A stretch of DNA of 42,069 nucleotides from an uncultured archaeon (GCA_964447495.1 CAYUTF010000016.1:11396-53464), one strand, 5' to 3'; shown: positions 7,856-18,601, numbered from the stretch's first letter. Notes: generated by a model not told the origin, from the sequence alone. A program made the numbers and translations.

Positions 7856-10117
7856 TCATCCAAATAATTTTATAGTATAAACAGCTGTTACTTCACTTCC
7901 TAGGTCTTCATTAGAAACATAATATGCTTTTTTTGTACCTATAGAAGTAGGAACGTTATCAAGTCCACTATTTGTTTCTACTATACATGATGTATTATTT
8001 GTTGCACCACCTAATTGATAAACTTCTTTAACTAACCATGATTTATAAACACCATCACCTCTCAAACAAATATGAGAACCAGGATCTATTCCTAAATTCC
8101 ATCCAATAAGTTTTATTCTATCAGTTTGAAGTTCATAAATAACTGCACCCTCCAAAGAATCAACTAAATATATAAGACCTCCAGCAGTAAATCCCCAACT
8201 AGTAGGAGCGCTTACTACTATATCTGCATTAAGACCACTTTTCTTTACTACTGAAAAATCACCAGTTGAAGGTACAATTAATCTTTCACCTCTATAAAAA
8301 AGCTTCCTTCCTCTCTCAACACCTTCCCATCCTGAATATCTTCCCATTGCCTTTATCAAATCATCTGATAAAACAACTTTAAAATCTACATCCCATTCCT
8401 CTTTTATTGAACCAACTAATTTAATCGGTGAAAAAGCCGTGTCTTCTGAAAATGACCATGATGCAGAAAAATCCGTTGAACTCCAACCAGTTGTCCAATT
8501 TGCATCATTACGATCTTTATTAAAAAGAACAAACCCAGACCTACTAAAAGAATATAATATACTATTAAATGCTTGTGTCCCTACTCTTCTCCATAAACTA
8601 GCTGAATTATCCCAATAACAACCACATGCAATTTCAAAGGATGCACCATCATCAGGATTCGTATAATAAACACGAATATGTTCTGCCAAACGAAGAATTT
8701 CTAAACGAAAATCTCTCCCACTTTCATCAGGCAAAGCATCCATAACTGCAGTACCCCATTCAACAAACTCAAAAAGACGTTGAATATTACTTGTACCAAA
8801 TCTATTAAGTCCAGATGAATATCTATCCCAAGAATCCCATGCCTCATCATAACGTATATCTGAAGTTCCAGCACCACTAAATGATTTTACCATCTTATAA
8901 ATTTTGTCATCATCTATAAAAATAACTGTACAATGACCAGATTCATTAGTTTTAAAATCAGTGCTACCACTTATATACCCACCTTTGCATACAAGAAGAC
9001 CTTCACTTGAAAAATAAACTGATGTGGTATACTTATCTACATTAGTATCAAATATAACATTATTTGACCTCCATAATAAAATCCATGTACTTGAAACAGA
9101 ATCTGGATGAATATTCTTAATCCTCTGTTGTATATGATATAATAAACTACTAATCTGACTAGTTAATGAACCATAAGGTAATTGTGCATCAGCATATGTC
9201 GTATTTTGTTTACAATAAACACTATTTGCATGTGAATTTACATCTGTAGCAATAGCATTATCAGTATCAAAGTCTTCAAACTCTACAAATTCCCAATAAA
9301 CAACGGCAAACGTTCCAGTCCAACTAGATTCAGAAACATCAAAAAATGACATAGAAATCCATGGATTAGTATAACAACCATCTTCATCCAAATCTGATAA
9401 TGTTATTGCACTACCACCAGTTTCTTGTGTATACCATGACCCAGCAGATATCTCACCACCATTGCTTCCAACCAAAACTAAATCTGAACTAATTCCACTC
9501 AAAAACTTTACCTTACCAGACCAATTATACGTTTTATCAACAAATGATATCCTACCTGTAAGTTGAAACCTTGTTGCACTACTAGTAGTTTTTTCAATTT
9601 TTCGCCTTATAAGTATACCTTTTTTGCCAAGCACTTTATCTCTATAACTACCATCAATTCTAATCCTAGATTGAAGTATACTTGTATCACCAGACTCCAT
9701 AAATATATGAGCAAGTATAACAGCATCAGTTGGAACATTAACTGGAATATCAACCGCAAATGAACCTGTCGTAACTACATTATCTTCATAATCAACAACC
9801 ATATAAACGACCCATTCTATATCTGAAGGAATCGGCCATGATTGCGCACTCATATCCATAATTACAGATGATTCAATCCTCACAACTGTAGCTATTCCAT
9901 TAGTTGTATTTTGATGAAGAATCAACGAATCATTCTCAGGTCCAACAGCAATTCTAAAAGAAGTATCTGCACCACCAGCAGATTCCAAAATCTCTGCACC
10001 ACGATAAACTCCAGGAAGATTTATACCCGTCTGAATATTTGCCGCACTACTTGAATATTTTTCAGCAAAACGAAATTTTATATTCGAACTATTAATAGTA
10101 CTAGAAAATAAGGCCAT
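7856..10117 (-). CDS. putative tail fibre or baseplate-associated protein
   Basis: 753 aa, S/G/W-rich, directly after the baseplate genes; N-terminal region resembles a baseplate attachment domain. Confidence 0.55.
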   Translation of the reverse strand: MALFSSTINSSNIKFRFAEKYSSSAANIQTGINLPGVYRGAEILESAGGADTSFRIAVGPENDSLILHQNTTNGIATVVRIESSVIMDMSAQSWPIPSDIEWVVYMVVDYEDNVVTTGSFAVDIPVNVPTDAVILAHIFMESGDTSILQSRIRIDGSYRDKVLGKKGILIRRKIEKTTSSATRFQLTGRISFVDKTYNWSGKVKFLSGISSDLVLVGSNGGEISAGSWYTQETGGSAITLSDLDEDGCYTNPWISMSFFDVSESSWTGTFAVVYWEFVEFEDFDTDNAIATDVNSHANSVYCKQNTTYADAQLPYGSLTSQISSLLYHIQQRIKNIHPDSVSSTWILLWRSNNVIFDTNVDKYTTSVYFSSEGLLVCKGGYISGSTDFKTNESGHCTVIFIDDDKIYKMVKSFSGAGTSDIRYDEAWDSWDRYSSGLNRFGTSNIQRLFEFVEWGTAVMDALPDESGRDFRLEILRLAEHIRVYYTNPDDGASFEIACGCYWDNSASLWRRVGTQAFNSILYSFSRSGFVLFNKDRNDANWTTGWSSTDFSASWSFSEDTAFSPIKLVGSIKEEWDVDFKVVLSDDLIKAMGRYSGWEGVERGRKLFYRGERLIVPSTGDFSVVKKSGLNADIVVSAPTSWGFTAGGLIYLVDSLEGAVIYELQTDRIKLIGWNLGIDPGSHICLRGDGVYKSWLVKEVYQLGGATNNTSCIVETNSGLDNVPTSIGTKKAYYVSNEDLGSEVTAVYTIKLFG

Positions 10118-10142
10118 ATTTTACTTCCTTTTTATAACGAAA

Positions 10143-10691
10143 TCATTTCTTCCTAGATCTTTTTTTTTGATTTCTAATATTTCTAATCTTCGCTTCATTA
10201 TCAGATTCAATTTCTTCATCATCTTTTGGGTCATTAACAAGATTAAATTCCATTAGCATAACAAGGTCATTCCCATTAATTAATTCCCCACACCATTCAT
10301 AATCAATAGGTTCAATATCAACTGAAATCTCTTTATTAAGCAAAAATTCAATGTCTTTTCTTCTTTTAATTTCCTGTTCTAAAATTTCTTTATTTTCTTC
10401 TTTTAATTTTAAAATATCATCATTAACAGGACCCCAATCATCAATTCTATATCCTATTCCTCCATTTTGAGCAGGTACTGGCGTACCATATTTTTCAAAT
10501 ATCCTTTCCTGTTTAGTATTGTATTCCTTTATTGATTCAGGCAAATTTCTTGCTTCATTAACAGGTTCCATTATAGATTTTAATACTTTCATCCTTTTTG
10601 CAATTTCCCAGCGTGGAATTACTTCTATAGTAGCAGCAAGTTTCTTAAAAACTTTCAATAATTCATCAATATCAGCATATCTTATATCCAT
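10143..10691 (-). CDS. hypothetical helical protein (possible fibre assembly factor)
   Basis: 182 aa, charged and helical, lying between the fibre-like genes. Confidence 0.45.
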   Translation of the reverse strand: MDIRYADIDELLKVFKKLAATIEVIPRWEIAKRMKVLKSIMEPVNEARNLPESIKEYNTKQERIFEKYGTPVPAQNGGIGYRIDDWGPVNDDILKLKEENKEILEQEIKRRKDIEFLLNKEISVDIEPIDYEWCGELINGNDLVMLMEFNLVNDPKDDEEIESDNEAKIRNIRNQKKRSRKK

Positions 10692-11596
10692 TGTAAAACC
10701 TTTCTTTTTCTTCCATTATCAAATACACTTCCGCATTCACCATTATGACCAAGCAACGATTTTTTAGACAAAACAGAATGTCTTATCAACCCATATCTAT
10801 TATCAGCAAAAGCCTTTATTTTATCTTTACTTTCAATACCATCTGGCAATATAGACCCTATAGACCTAATCTTGTGTCTATCTGGCATTTCAAAAGAAAT
10901 ATTAATTTTTTCATTTCTTATAATATTACCTTCTTCATCTTTCCTATCTTTAAATAATACCTTGTTTTTAAAAACAATTTTCCGATCCTTTGCTATACCA
11001 TTACCTATGATACCTGATAAACTTTCAAAACAACAAATTGGAAACTGATGGTCCGAAAGCCACATCATAGGAACAGTTGAATTCAAAAATAATTCAGCAG
11101 CTTTTCTAGACAAACAATATCCCATTAATGTTCTTATTTTTCTTATTTGACCATCATTAAAAACACAAATTCTTCTATCAGGTCTAGTTCCACATAAATA
11201 AAACACATCTAATCCATCATAAATAGTTAAATAATCTTCAATTATTCCACCATTTCTCAATAATTTTCCATATGGTTCAACATCATCCTCCATAATAACA
11301 GCCCATTCATCATCAGTATTTAAAAATTCCTTAATAGCTTTTCTATGGCTCAAATTACACGCAACATGGGTCGGTGGAAGAATACTATTTTCAAACAATA
11401 TCTCTTCGTTAACAAATTTATCACGATATTCTAAATTCCATACAGGAAACCCTCTATTATCAAATGTATCTTCAATAGCCCATTCCATACCATCTATAGC
11501 GGATATTCTTATTAATTTTTCATGCTCAAAAGATTTCTCCATTTTTTCTCTTCTATCTTCTGAACGATCTAAATTTATATAATATATATTCATCAA
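10682..11596 (-). CDS. glycosyltransferase family 25
   Basis: GT25 motifs YYINLDRSEDRR, RISAIDG, ACNLSH and VIMEDDV. Confidence 0.88.
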   Translation of the reverse strand: MMNIYYINLDRSEDRREKMEKSFEHEKLIRISAIDGMEWAIEDTFDNRGFPVWNLEYRDKFVNEEILFENSILPPTHVACNLSHRKAIKEFLNTDDEWAVIMEDDVEPYGKLLRNGGIIEDYLTIYDGLDVFYLCGTRPDRRICVFNDGQIRKIRTLMGYCLSRKAAELFLNSTVPMMWLSDHQFPICCFESLSGIIGNGIAKDRKIVFKNKVLFKDRKDEEGNIIRNEKINISFEMPDRHKIRSIGSILPDGIESKDKIKAFADNRYGLIRHSVLSKKSLLGHNGECGSVFDNGRKRKVLQWI

Positions 11597-11614
11597 ATAC
11601 CTCTCATATTATTA

Positions 11615-14600
11615 CTACCCACCATATATTTCATCATAAGTAGTCTGGACTTTTACCCCTCCCCATATATGAGCAAACCAATCAACTTCAAAAATTTCAC
11701 TACCTGTACCTTGAACCTCAAGTTCTAATGTATGGTCCGTATTATTTTTTTGCCAACTTGCATTCCCAACTCCACCACTTAAAGCAATATGATATCTCTC
11801 TGTTTCATGAAATTGTATATCATTAACAGAATTCCTCCACACCTCAACATCCCAAACCCAAATCTCAATTGCATCAACAGTAGCCCCATGCGCTGTACCA
11901 ACTAAACGACATTCAAAACAATATAGATATCCTTCTTCTATCACTAAAGGAGAAGTAGTTCCAGAACCAGTAGTAGTAAGAACCGTTGGTGTAGTACCAG
12001 TAGTTCTATACATCATTGGAATAGCTTTAAATGCTTGAGAACTACCTAATGTAGAACCATCAAGTCTTCCAGCTGTAAAAAATTCACCATAATCAAAATC
12101 AGCCTTTGACCTTTGTCCTCTAACAACTACACCAAGATGCGAATCACTATAACACTCATAACCTGTCATAAGACTATAACTACTATTTTTACAAGTATGC
12201 GCATAACCAACAACAATTGTATCACTACAGTTTTGAAATGTAGAACTAGTACAAACAGCAATAGATTTTGTAACATTACTTGGATCCGTACTAGTTAACA
12301 ATAATAATGAATCATAAACTGATGATATAGTATTAGAACTTCCTCTATAAATCAAATTTGAACAAGTAGTGAAACTATTAGAATCACCAACAACTATAGA
12401 ATTAGATAAATATGATCCATCAAAATCATTTCCACCACCAACAACAATATTACCACCCATATAAGAATCATCTAAAGTATTAACATCTTGAAATACAAAT
12501 AAATTATTAGCTCTTACAGCAAGTGATTCATGATCACCATCATCACCTATATGCATGTGTACTGTTGAATATCCACCTGGTGTTAATAATTCATCACCTC
12601 TGTAAATTACAACCGATTTTTCAATACCAGTATCTCCAGCAAGAGATTGCCATAATTCTAATCTTGCTCCTTCTGATGACCCAGACCATGCACTTGTAGC
12701 AACAACCCTAAGTTCAACAGCACTTTCAAATGATGTTCCATTTGATGCTTCAAAACTCATCTGTCCTAAAGCTGACCCATTAGAAACAGCACTATGATTC
12801 CCAATAGTATCAGTCTGAGATTTTCTTATCCTAACCATCGGTCGTTCACCTGTATAATTACTAAAAAACGACAAAGCTAGTATATTATCATATGTATTAT
12901 CTCCATTACCAAATATCTCAAGTGCAGCCGTTGCTTCAACAGAAGATGAATCCGTAATCGAAAGATATCCATTAGAATCAAGACGCATAACCAATGCTGG
13001 AGTAGTAGTGGTTTTTTCTGTTATATAAAAACTTAAATCAGACCCAGAATTTGTTCCAGAAAAAGTACTAGCAGCAGAAACTACAATGCGAGCACCTTCA
13101 GCCCATGCACTTCCTGTAGATCCATAAAAATCAATCTCACCAAGATAACCACCTGTAGGAACAGCAGTATGAGAACCCACAGAAACATTATAACTTCTAA
13201 GAAATGATAAAGTTGATGAATCTAACAAGGTACTTGTCCACTTACCTGATGTTATTCCATCTTGAATTTCAGCCTTACTATCTAAAGATGTTGCCTGTCT
13301 AGTACCATTATGACCTACTATAAAAACACTATTTACAGTATCCCACATAAATATAGAAGAAGAATCAACACCAGTTCCTGTACCATATACAATCTGTCCA
13401 GCAGGCTCAGATACACTACCACCACCAGAAGTATATGCCACATTTAATGCAGCCAATAATGATACTTCACCAAAATTTGAATTGTACATTGTCCATTCTG
13501 ATGGTGAAGTAGAAAAAGGAATTGCATCTTCAGACCATACACCATGAATAGCAGATGAAGATACATCAGTAAAAGCAACTATATCTGTTGATATCGATCC
13601 AACGTACACTATTCCAATAACACCTCCCTCTGCGGCAATATAAACAGTAGCATTAGATGCTGCACTTGTCGCCAATATATCAACTTCACCATCTCCAGTT
13701 ACATTACCATCAGCATATAAATTTGCTTCTGCTAATCCGCTACCTGTAGAAGTTGCTACAATATCAATTTTTGGAGTACCACCACTAGCATAAATCTCAA
13801 TATCTGCTTTATCTGTAGTTTCATAATTATAACTATTTATAGTAAATCTAGACCCACCTGTTCCAGTATCACCAATAACATTAAATTCAATCGCAGCTTC
13901 ACTTGTTCCAGCATATTTCTTATGACTAAATTCTAATACAGATAAAGTATCATCTGGTTCAAATGTACTAAATACTACTGTATCAGTAGAATGATAAACC
14001 TCTAGTTTATCTACATCTGCAAATTTAAAAAATACAGAATCACTTACAGATAATATAACATCCTCAGTAGTTGGAGAACCAATTATTACAGATGCATAAC
14101 CAGTAGCAGCATAACTTCTAACAACTACAGTTGCATCATCATATGCATCTGCACCATTATTTAATGCCTTTATATCAAGTTCAGCATCAATATTTCCACC
14201 ACCACCAGATTGTGAAATTATCTCCATACTTGATAATGAATCTGTTGATATAGCAAACAAATCAGTATATGCATAACCAGTACTTGGATCTGTACCAAAT
14301 TCTGCATTTGATATAGTAGTTCCTTCTGCTTTAATCGAAATATTTGATTGTATCCCACCATCAGATAAAATAACTAAAGAAGTTGTATCATTTGCAGCCA
14401 AATCTTGTGCTCTAATCAAACAATTTACTTTCTTATATCCCTCTGCTAAAATTTGAACTTCAGCAGTACCAGATGTTGCAGCAACACCAGTACTTGCCTT
14501 CAATACAGAAAGAGCATCTAACCCTGAAGCAATACTTTCAATTTCAACAACAGAAGTCTGAAGATTATATGTATCATCATTAGTCATTGATTTTAAAATC

Positions 14601-15604
14601 AACTGAGAACCATCTGTATTTACTCCTCCTTCTGCTTCAATATTAAAAACAACTAAATCTGATACAGCACCTGGTACCATTCTTTTTCTTATTGCTGCAT
14701 TATCATTTGTAGCTTCATCAACAAAAGAAAATACTTGTTCTGATGTAATACTATTGTAATAAATTGATGCAACATTATTCCCATCAGCAACAAAATATAT
14801 ACTATCTTCATCGTTATATGATAGTGACTCAGTGACATCCCATCTCAATCCTGTATTGATATATGTTTTTGATGCTATACCAGGACCTGAAACTGTCCCA
14901 TCTCCAACTCTAACTGTATCAGTATCTGTTGTTGGATACAAATATGGTGGAGCAGATGCATTTCTGCTCCAATATCCACTAGCAGCTACTATTTCTATTT
15001 CCTCATCTCCACCTGGATTAAGTATATTAAGTGTTATATTAGTACCTGCTGTTATTTTATTAGTAAGAAAATCTTCTGTTGTATCAGCAACTGACACCTT
15101 AACTTTATTTGTATCTGCACCAGTACTAGCCAAAAATGAAAATAGTCTTCTGTAACTTTCACCATCAGCAAAAACTGAACCATTAAACCAATTTATCGAA
15201 TAATTTTCTGTAACATATCCAAAAATATGAACATCATTATCAACAGGTGCAGTATTAAACAATTCAAATTCAGTCGTAACTTCTTCAACAGCACCAGGAG
15301 TAAAAGTCAACCCTATTAAATGATACGGAATTAAAACCAAATCATCTGCTGAATCAACTATTATTTTCATATTATAAGTTCTAGAAATCAAAATAAGATC
15401 TGAAAGCATTTCAAATTTATACGTTCCAGAATCATCATATACTCTAGCATTAGGAAGTTGATTAAATATACATTTAATACCTTCCATGTTTGAAAAAACA
15501 TTTGAATCTATATCATTTGCATAATCTTCAAATCTTTGTTGCCATGATTGCCAGTCAGCGTACCATTCCGGAATTGGCGATTTATATCTTAATGTTTCTG
15601 ACAT
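11615..15604 (-). CDS. long tail fibre / receptor-binding protein
   Basis: 1329 aa, S/T/G/D-rich beta repeats with internally duplicated modules; translationally coupled to the baseplate J gene. Confidence 0.7.
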   Translation of the reverse strand: MSETLRYKSPIPEWYADWQSWQQRFEDYANDIDSNVFSNMEGIKCIFNQLPNARVYDDSGTYKFEMLSDLILISRTYNMKIIVDSADDLVLIPYHLIGLTFTPGAVEEVTTEFELFNTAPVDNDVHIFGYVTENYSINWFNGSVFADGESYRRLFSFLASTGADTNKVKVSVADTTEDFLTNKITAGTNITLNILNPGGDEEIEIVAASGYWSRNASAPPYLYPTTDTDTVRVGDGTVSGPGIASKTYINTGLRWDVTESLSYNDEDSIYFVADGNNVASIYYNSITSEQVFSFVDEATNDNAAIRKRMVPGAVSDLVVFNIEAEGGVNTDGSQLILKSMTNDDTYNLQTSVVEIESIASGLDALSVLKASTGVAATSGTAEVQILAEGYKKVNCLIRAQDLAANDTTSLVILSDGGIQSNISIKAEGTTISNAEFGTDPSTGYAYTDLFAISTDSLSSMEIISQSGGGGNIDAELDIKALNNGADAYDDATVVVRSYAATGYASVIIGSPTTEDVILSVSDSVFFKFADVDKLEVYHSTDTVVFSTFEPDDTLSVLEFSHKKYAGTSEAAIEFNVIGDTGTGGSRFTINSYNYETTDKADIEIYASGGTPKIDIVATSTGSGLAEANLYADGNVTGDGEVDILATSAASNATVYIAAEGGVIGIVYVGSISTDIVAFTDVSSSAIHGVWSEDAIPFSTSPSEWTMYNSNFGEVSLLAALNVAYTSGGGSVSEPAGQIVYGTGTGVDSSSIFMWDTVNSVFIVGHNGTRQATSLDSKAEIQDGITSGKWTSTLLDSSTLSFLRSYNVSVGSHTAVPTGGYLGEIDFYGSTGSAWAEGARIVVSAASTFSGTNSGSDLSFYITEKTTTTPALVMRLDSNGYLSITDSSSVEATAALEIFGNGDNTYDNILALSFFSNYTGERPMVRIRKSQTDTIGNHSAVSNGSALGQMSFEASNGTSFESAVELRVVATSAWSGSSEGARLELWQSLAGDTGIEKSVVIYRGDELLTPGGYSTVHMHIGDDGDHESLAVRANNLFVFQDVNTLDDSYMGGNIVVGGGNDFDGSYLSNSIVVGDSNSFTTCSNLIYRGSSNTISSVYDSLLLLTSTDPSNVTKSIAVCTSSTFQNCSDTIVVGYAHTCKNSSYSLMTGYECYSDSHLGVVVRGQRSKADFDYGEFFTAGRLDGSTLGSSQAFKAIPMMYRTTGTTPTVLTTTGSGTTSPLVIEEGYLYCFECRLVGTAHGATVDAIEIWVWDVEVWRNSVNDIQFHETERYHIALSGGVGNASWQKNNTDHTLELEVQGTGSEIFEVDWFAHIWGGVKVQTTYDEIYGG

Positions 15605-17784
15605 TATAATACCTCATTATTTTCATTTTTTATGATAAGATTACCTAATATTATTACTTGATTTTGGTCTGGAACTAAATTCCCATCAGATAAATATTCT
15701 GTTGGTCCAGTTATAGAAACATTTACAAAATCAATTCCAGCAGAAGATTCAGTTATCGCATCATATAAATCAGACAAATATAATGGTTGATTAAAATTTC
15801 TTCCTTTCAGTAATCCTATAACGACAGATTCTATTTGAGCTCTAACTTCAGACGGAACATATGATTCAAGAATCTTCACTTTTACAGAAATATCAGCCAA
15901 AACTAAAACAGGATATCCATCAACAACCTCAACAACTTGAGTAACCTCTTTTATTCCATCTAAATAATCTTGTAATGCCAACCTTAACCCAATCGATGGA
16001 GATGTGTAATTTCCATCTAAATCAAAAGATAAAATAGGCACTTGTACATAGTTAGACAAACAATCATCTGAAAATAAATCACCTATTCTATTTTGCATAT
16101 CTATTATCAATGAATAAACTTGTGAATATAAAGAATCAAAACTTCCATCTATAGAAGACAAAGTACTTTGAATATTGTCTATTAAAGATGACAATGAAGA
16201 AGACTGAGAAATTATATTCTGAATATATGTATCCACATATCCACTATCATCTGTAGCATCAATAATATTATTAATATTTGGTAATATTGCATTCTCAACT
16301 GCAGATGATGCTGATAAAGCAGCACTAGATGTCTGTGTTGTTTCTTGCTGAGCACCTGTTATATCTACAATCATACTATTTATATTTGACAATATATAAT
16401 CAGTATTACTACCTCCACCTTGAATATAACTAACCAAATCATTACCAGTATTTATTGCATTATTTGCCAAATTTACAGCTATAGAACTCCTTGATGCTGC
16501 TTCATTCATAGAATTTCTAGCAGAAGAAGCTCCAGAATTAGCAACCCCAGACCATCCATATATCTGTTGTCTAAGTGTATCTAATCCATCAGTAGATGCT
16601 ATTATAGATGCCAAAACTGTTGTTAATGAAGAAGCATCAGCAACAACAGAATCTTCCATTGCCCCAATTGTAGAAGAAAAATTCAACAATAATGTCTGAA
16701 TATCAACAACTAATCCATTAAAAACTGCATCACTATAATAACTCCTAGGATTAACAGCATATGATTTTGCAACCGCTCCATATGCTGGATCAACAAAACT
16801 ATTCGATAAAGCTTCATAATCTTTTTGTGTTATTGCTGCCCCACGTGCAGCAAAACTAGAAGGAGCCAATTTCTTAGCACTTTCTGCACTTTCTGGGTCT
16901 ATACCACCAACCGCTCTATATGGATTATTTACTTCAAATAAAACAGGTTGACCATTAATAGTCAACGTATCAATAGAAGATTTAATTGTATTGCTTTTTA
17001 TATTTCCTTTTTGACCATCAATAATCAAAAAACGAATCTTTATTTCTGAACCAACTGAAGGAATATTACCTGCCAACCCATCCCCAAATCTAACGATAGG
17101 AGGGTTAGCCAAATAACTTATTTCATAATGATTTGTTTTTTCAAACTCTAAAAAATCTTTCTCTTCCCATAATTGACCATCAACCCATACCTCAGTAGTA
17201 TCTACAGCCAAAAAACGATCTGATGATACATTAGCTAATCTATATGTTTGGTTCTTATTCCCATCTGCTGTATAAGTCAATATACGAGTATCACCCTGTC
17301 TTACATCTACATTTATTGTTGCCCCTTCTGACAAAGCAGACGATTGGATTATCTTAGCATACGACTCAAAAGTTAATCCATTTGGTCCTTGAAATCTCCA
17401 CCGATCTTTCATTATAAATCCTGATGTAGTTCCACCAGGAAAAGTCAAAACCAACGTAGTTCCAGCAGGAGAAGCAGGTGTCATCTTATATGCAATTTGT
17501 TCTACAAGTCGTTCTACTGCGCTCCTGGTCCTTGCTGTAGATAAAAAACAATCTGATGCAGTCCTATCCAAGTACCATGTTAAAGCAGCATAAGCCCATG
17601 CTACAAGGTCTCTCAACATTATCCCCTGAGAAGTACTTGCATAATCATTATATACGGTACCATATTCTATTTTTAATCTACGAAGCAAATCATCCGCAAT
17701 CGAAACAAAATCACGAGCAGCATGTTTTACTTCATTTAAAAATTTTTGGTCTTGTACTAATGGATTATATTTATCTTCTGCCAT
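15604..17784 (-). CDS. baseplate wedge protein, J-like / T4 gp6-like
   Basis: FLSTARTRSAV, VRFGDGLAGNIP, GGIDPESAESAK and RGAAITQKDYE motifs; C-terminal LYLSDLY. Confidence 0.88.
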   Translation of the reverse strand: MAEDKYNPLVQDQKFLNEVKHAARDFVSIADDLLRRLKIEYGTVYNDYASTSQGIMLRDLVAWAYAALTWYLDRTASDCFLSTARTRSAVERLVEQIAYKMTPASPAGTTLVLTFPGGTTSGFIMKDRWRFQGPNGLTFESYAKIIQSSALSEGATINVDVRQGDTRILTYTADGNKNQTYRLANVSSDRFLAVDTTEVWVDGQLWEEKDFLEFEKTNHYEISYLANPPIVRFGDGLAGNIPSVGSEIKIRFLIIDGQKGNIKSNTIKSSIDTLTINGQPVLFEVNNPYRAVGGIDPESAESAKKLAPSSFAARGAAITQKDYEALSNSFVDPAYGAVAKSYAVNPRSYYSDAVFNGLVVDIQTLLLNFSSTIGAMEDSVVADASSLTTVLASIIASTDGLDTLRQQIYGWSGVANSGASSARNSMNEAASRSSIAVNLANNAINTGNDLVSYIQGGGSNTDYILSNINSMIVDITGAQQETTQTSSAALSASSAVENAILPNINNIIDATDDSGYVDTYIQNIISQSSSLSSLIDNIQSTLSSIDGSFDSLYSQVYSLIIDMQNRIGDLFSDDCLSNYVQVPILSFDLDGNYTSPSIGLRLALQDYLDGIKEVTQVVEVVDGYPVLVLADISVKVKILESYVPSEVRAQIESVVIGLLKGRNFNQPLYLSDLYDAITESSAGIDFVNVSITGPTEYLSDGNLVPDQNQVIILGNLIIKNENNEVL

Positions 17785-17785
17785 T

Positions 17786-18214
17786 TCAATACCCCTGCAC
17801 AGTGGGTGGATAAATTATCTGCTGACTACTATCTTGCCCACCCACAGAATAAGTAATATCAAATGTTATTTTAGAACCCACACCATCATCATACTTTAAT
17901 TGACTCGGAATTACACTAATAACATTAACCCATGGAATAAAAATTTCTATAGCAGTTGATACCATACTCGATAGACGAACCTGTTGAATTGGTGTCATAT
18001 TTGTAAACAAAAATTCATGAATATTTACCCCCAAATCAACATTCATTACCCGTTCTCCTGATCCAGTCAAAATTAACGCAACGATATTTGAAAAACTATA
18101 TCTATCCGGAGATTCCATTTCCGGAAAACCAACATTTCCAAGTTGAAACGGAAATTTTAAAGTTTTTATAATATCTATATCATCAATAGAAGGTACCGTA
18201 TTTACAATGCTCAT
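17786..18214 (-). CDS. baseplate gp25/gpW-like sheath initiator
   Basis: LKFPF...ILTGSGERVMNVDLG..IHEFLF...FIPWV signature. Confidence 0.9.
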   Translation of the reverse strand: MSIVNTVPSIDDIDIIKTLKFPFQLGNVGFPEMESPDRYSFSNIVALILTGSGERVMNVDLGVNIHEFLFTNMTPIQQVRLSSMVSTAIEIFIPWVNVISVIPSQLKYDDGVGSKITFDITYSVGGQDSSQQIIYPPTVQGY

Positions 18215-18231
18215 ATGTCAATCCTATTGTA

Positions 18232-18247
18232 ACGAACTCGAGTTCGC
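18232..18247. repeat. palindrome copy 2, ACGAACTCGAGTTCGC
   Basis: Intergenic; 14-bp core at 18233-18246, 18 nt upstream of the gp25 ATG. Confidence 0.95.
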
Positions 18248-18250
18248 AAC

Positions 18251-18601
18251 TCAATCCAATGGACAATCTGGCAACCTAGGCAACCCAGGAACCTTTGGTC
18301 TTGATGGCATACCAAATGGAGGTTGCGGTATCGGTATCGCTAATTTAATAGAAATACTCTTCATTGGAATATTAGGTTTATTAGGTATCACAGGTATTTT
18401 CGGTATAACTGGCATACTAAATGGTGGTTGTGGAATAGGTATCGCCAAACCAGGAATCTTAACTGTAATGTTCACACCAGGTATATTTGGAATCTTAGGC
18501 ACTCCAGGTATTTTCGGCTTTGACGGAAAACTAAATGGTGGCTGAGGAATTGGAATTGCCAATTTTAAAATTGCCAATGATGATATCTTGCATTTACTCA
18601 T
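18251..18601 (-). CDS. proline-rich repeat protein
   Basis: Three LAIPIPQPPF repeats and terminal Cys residues (MSKC..., ...DCPLD); fills the gap between spike and gp25. Confidence 0.65.
   Translation of the reverse strand: MSKCKISSLAILKLAIPIPQPPFSFPSKPKIPGVPKIPNIPGVNITVKIPGLAIPIPQPPFSMPVIPKIPVIPNKPNIPMKSISIKLAIPIPQPPFGMPSRPKVPGLPRLPDCPLD

Noticed and set aside
10135-10142. Intergenic TAACGAA half-sites (here and near 28867)
   Set aside because: Too short to distinguish from chance in AT-rich DNA; noted only as possible decayed copies.
7856-15604. Diversity-generating retroelement acting on the fibres
   Set aside because: No reverse transcriptase in the window, and I saw no template/variable repeat pair differing at adenines; an element elsewhere in the genome cannot be excluded.
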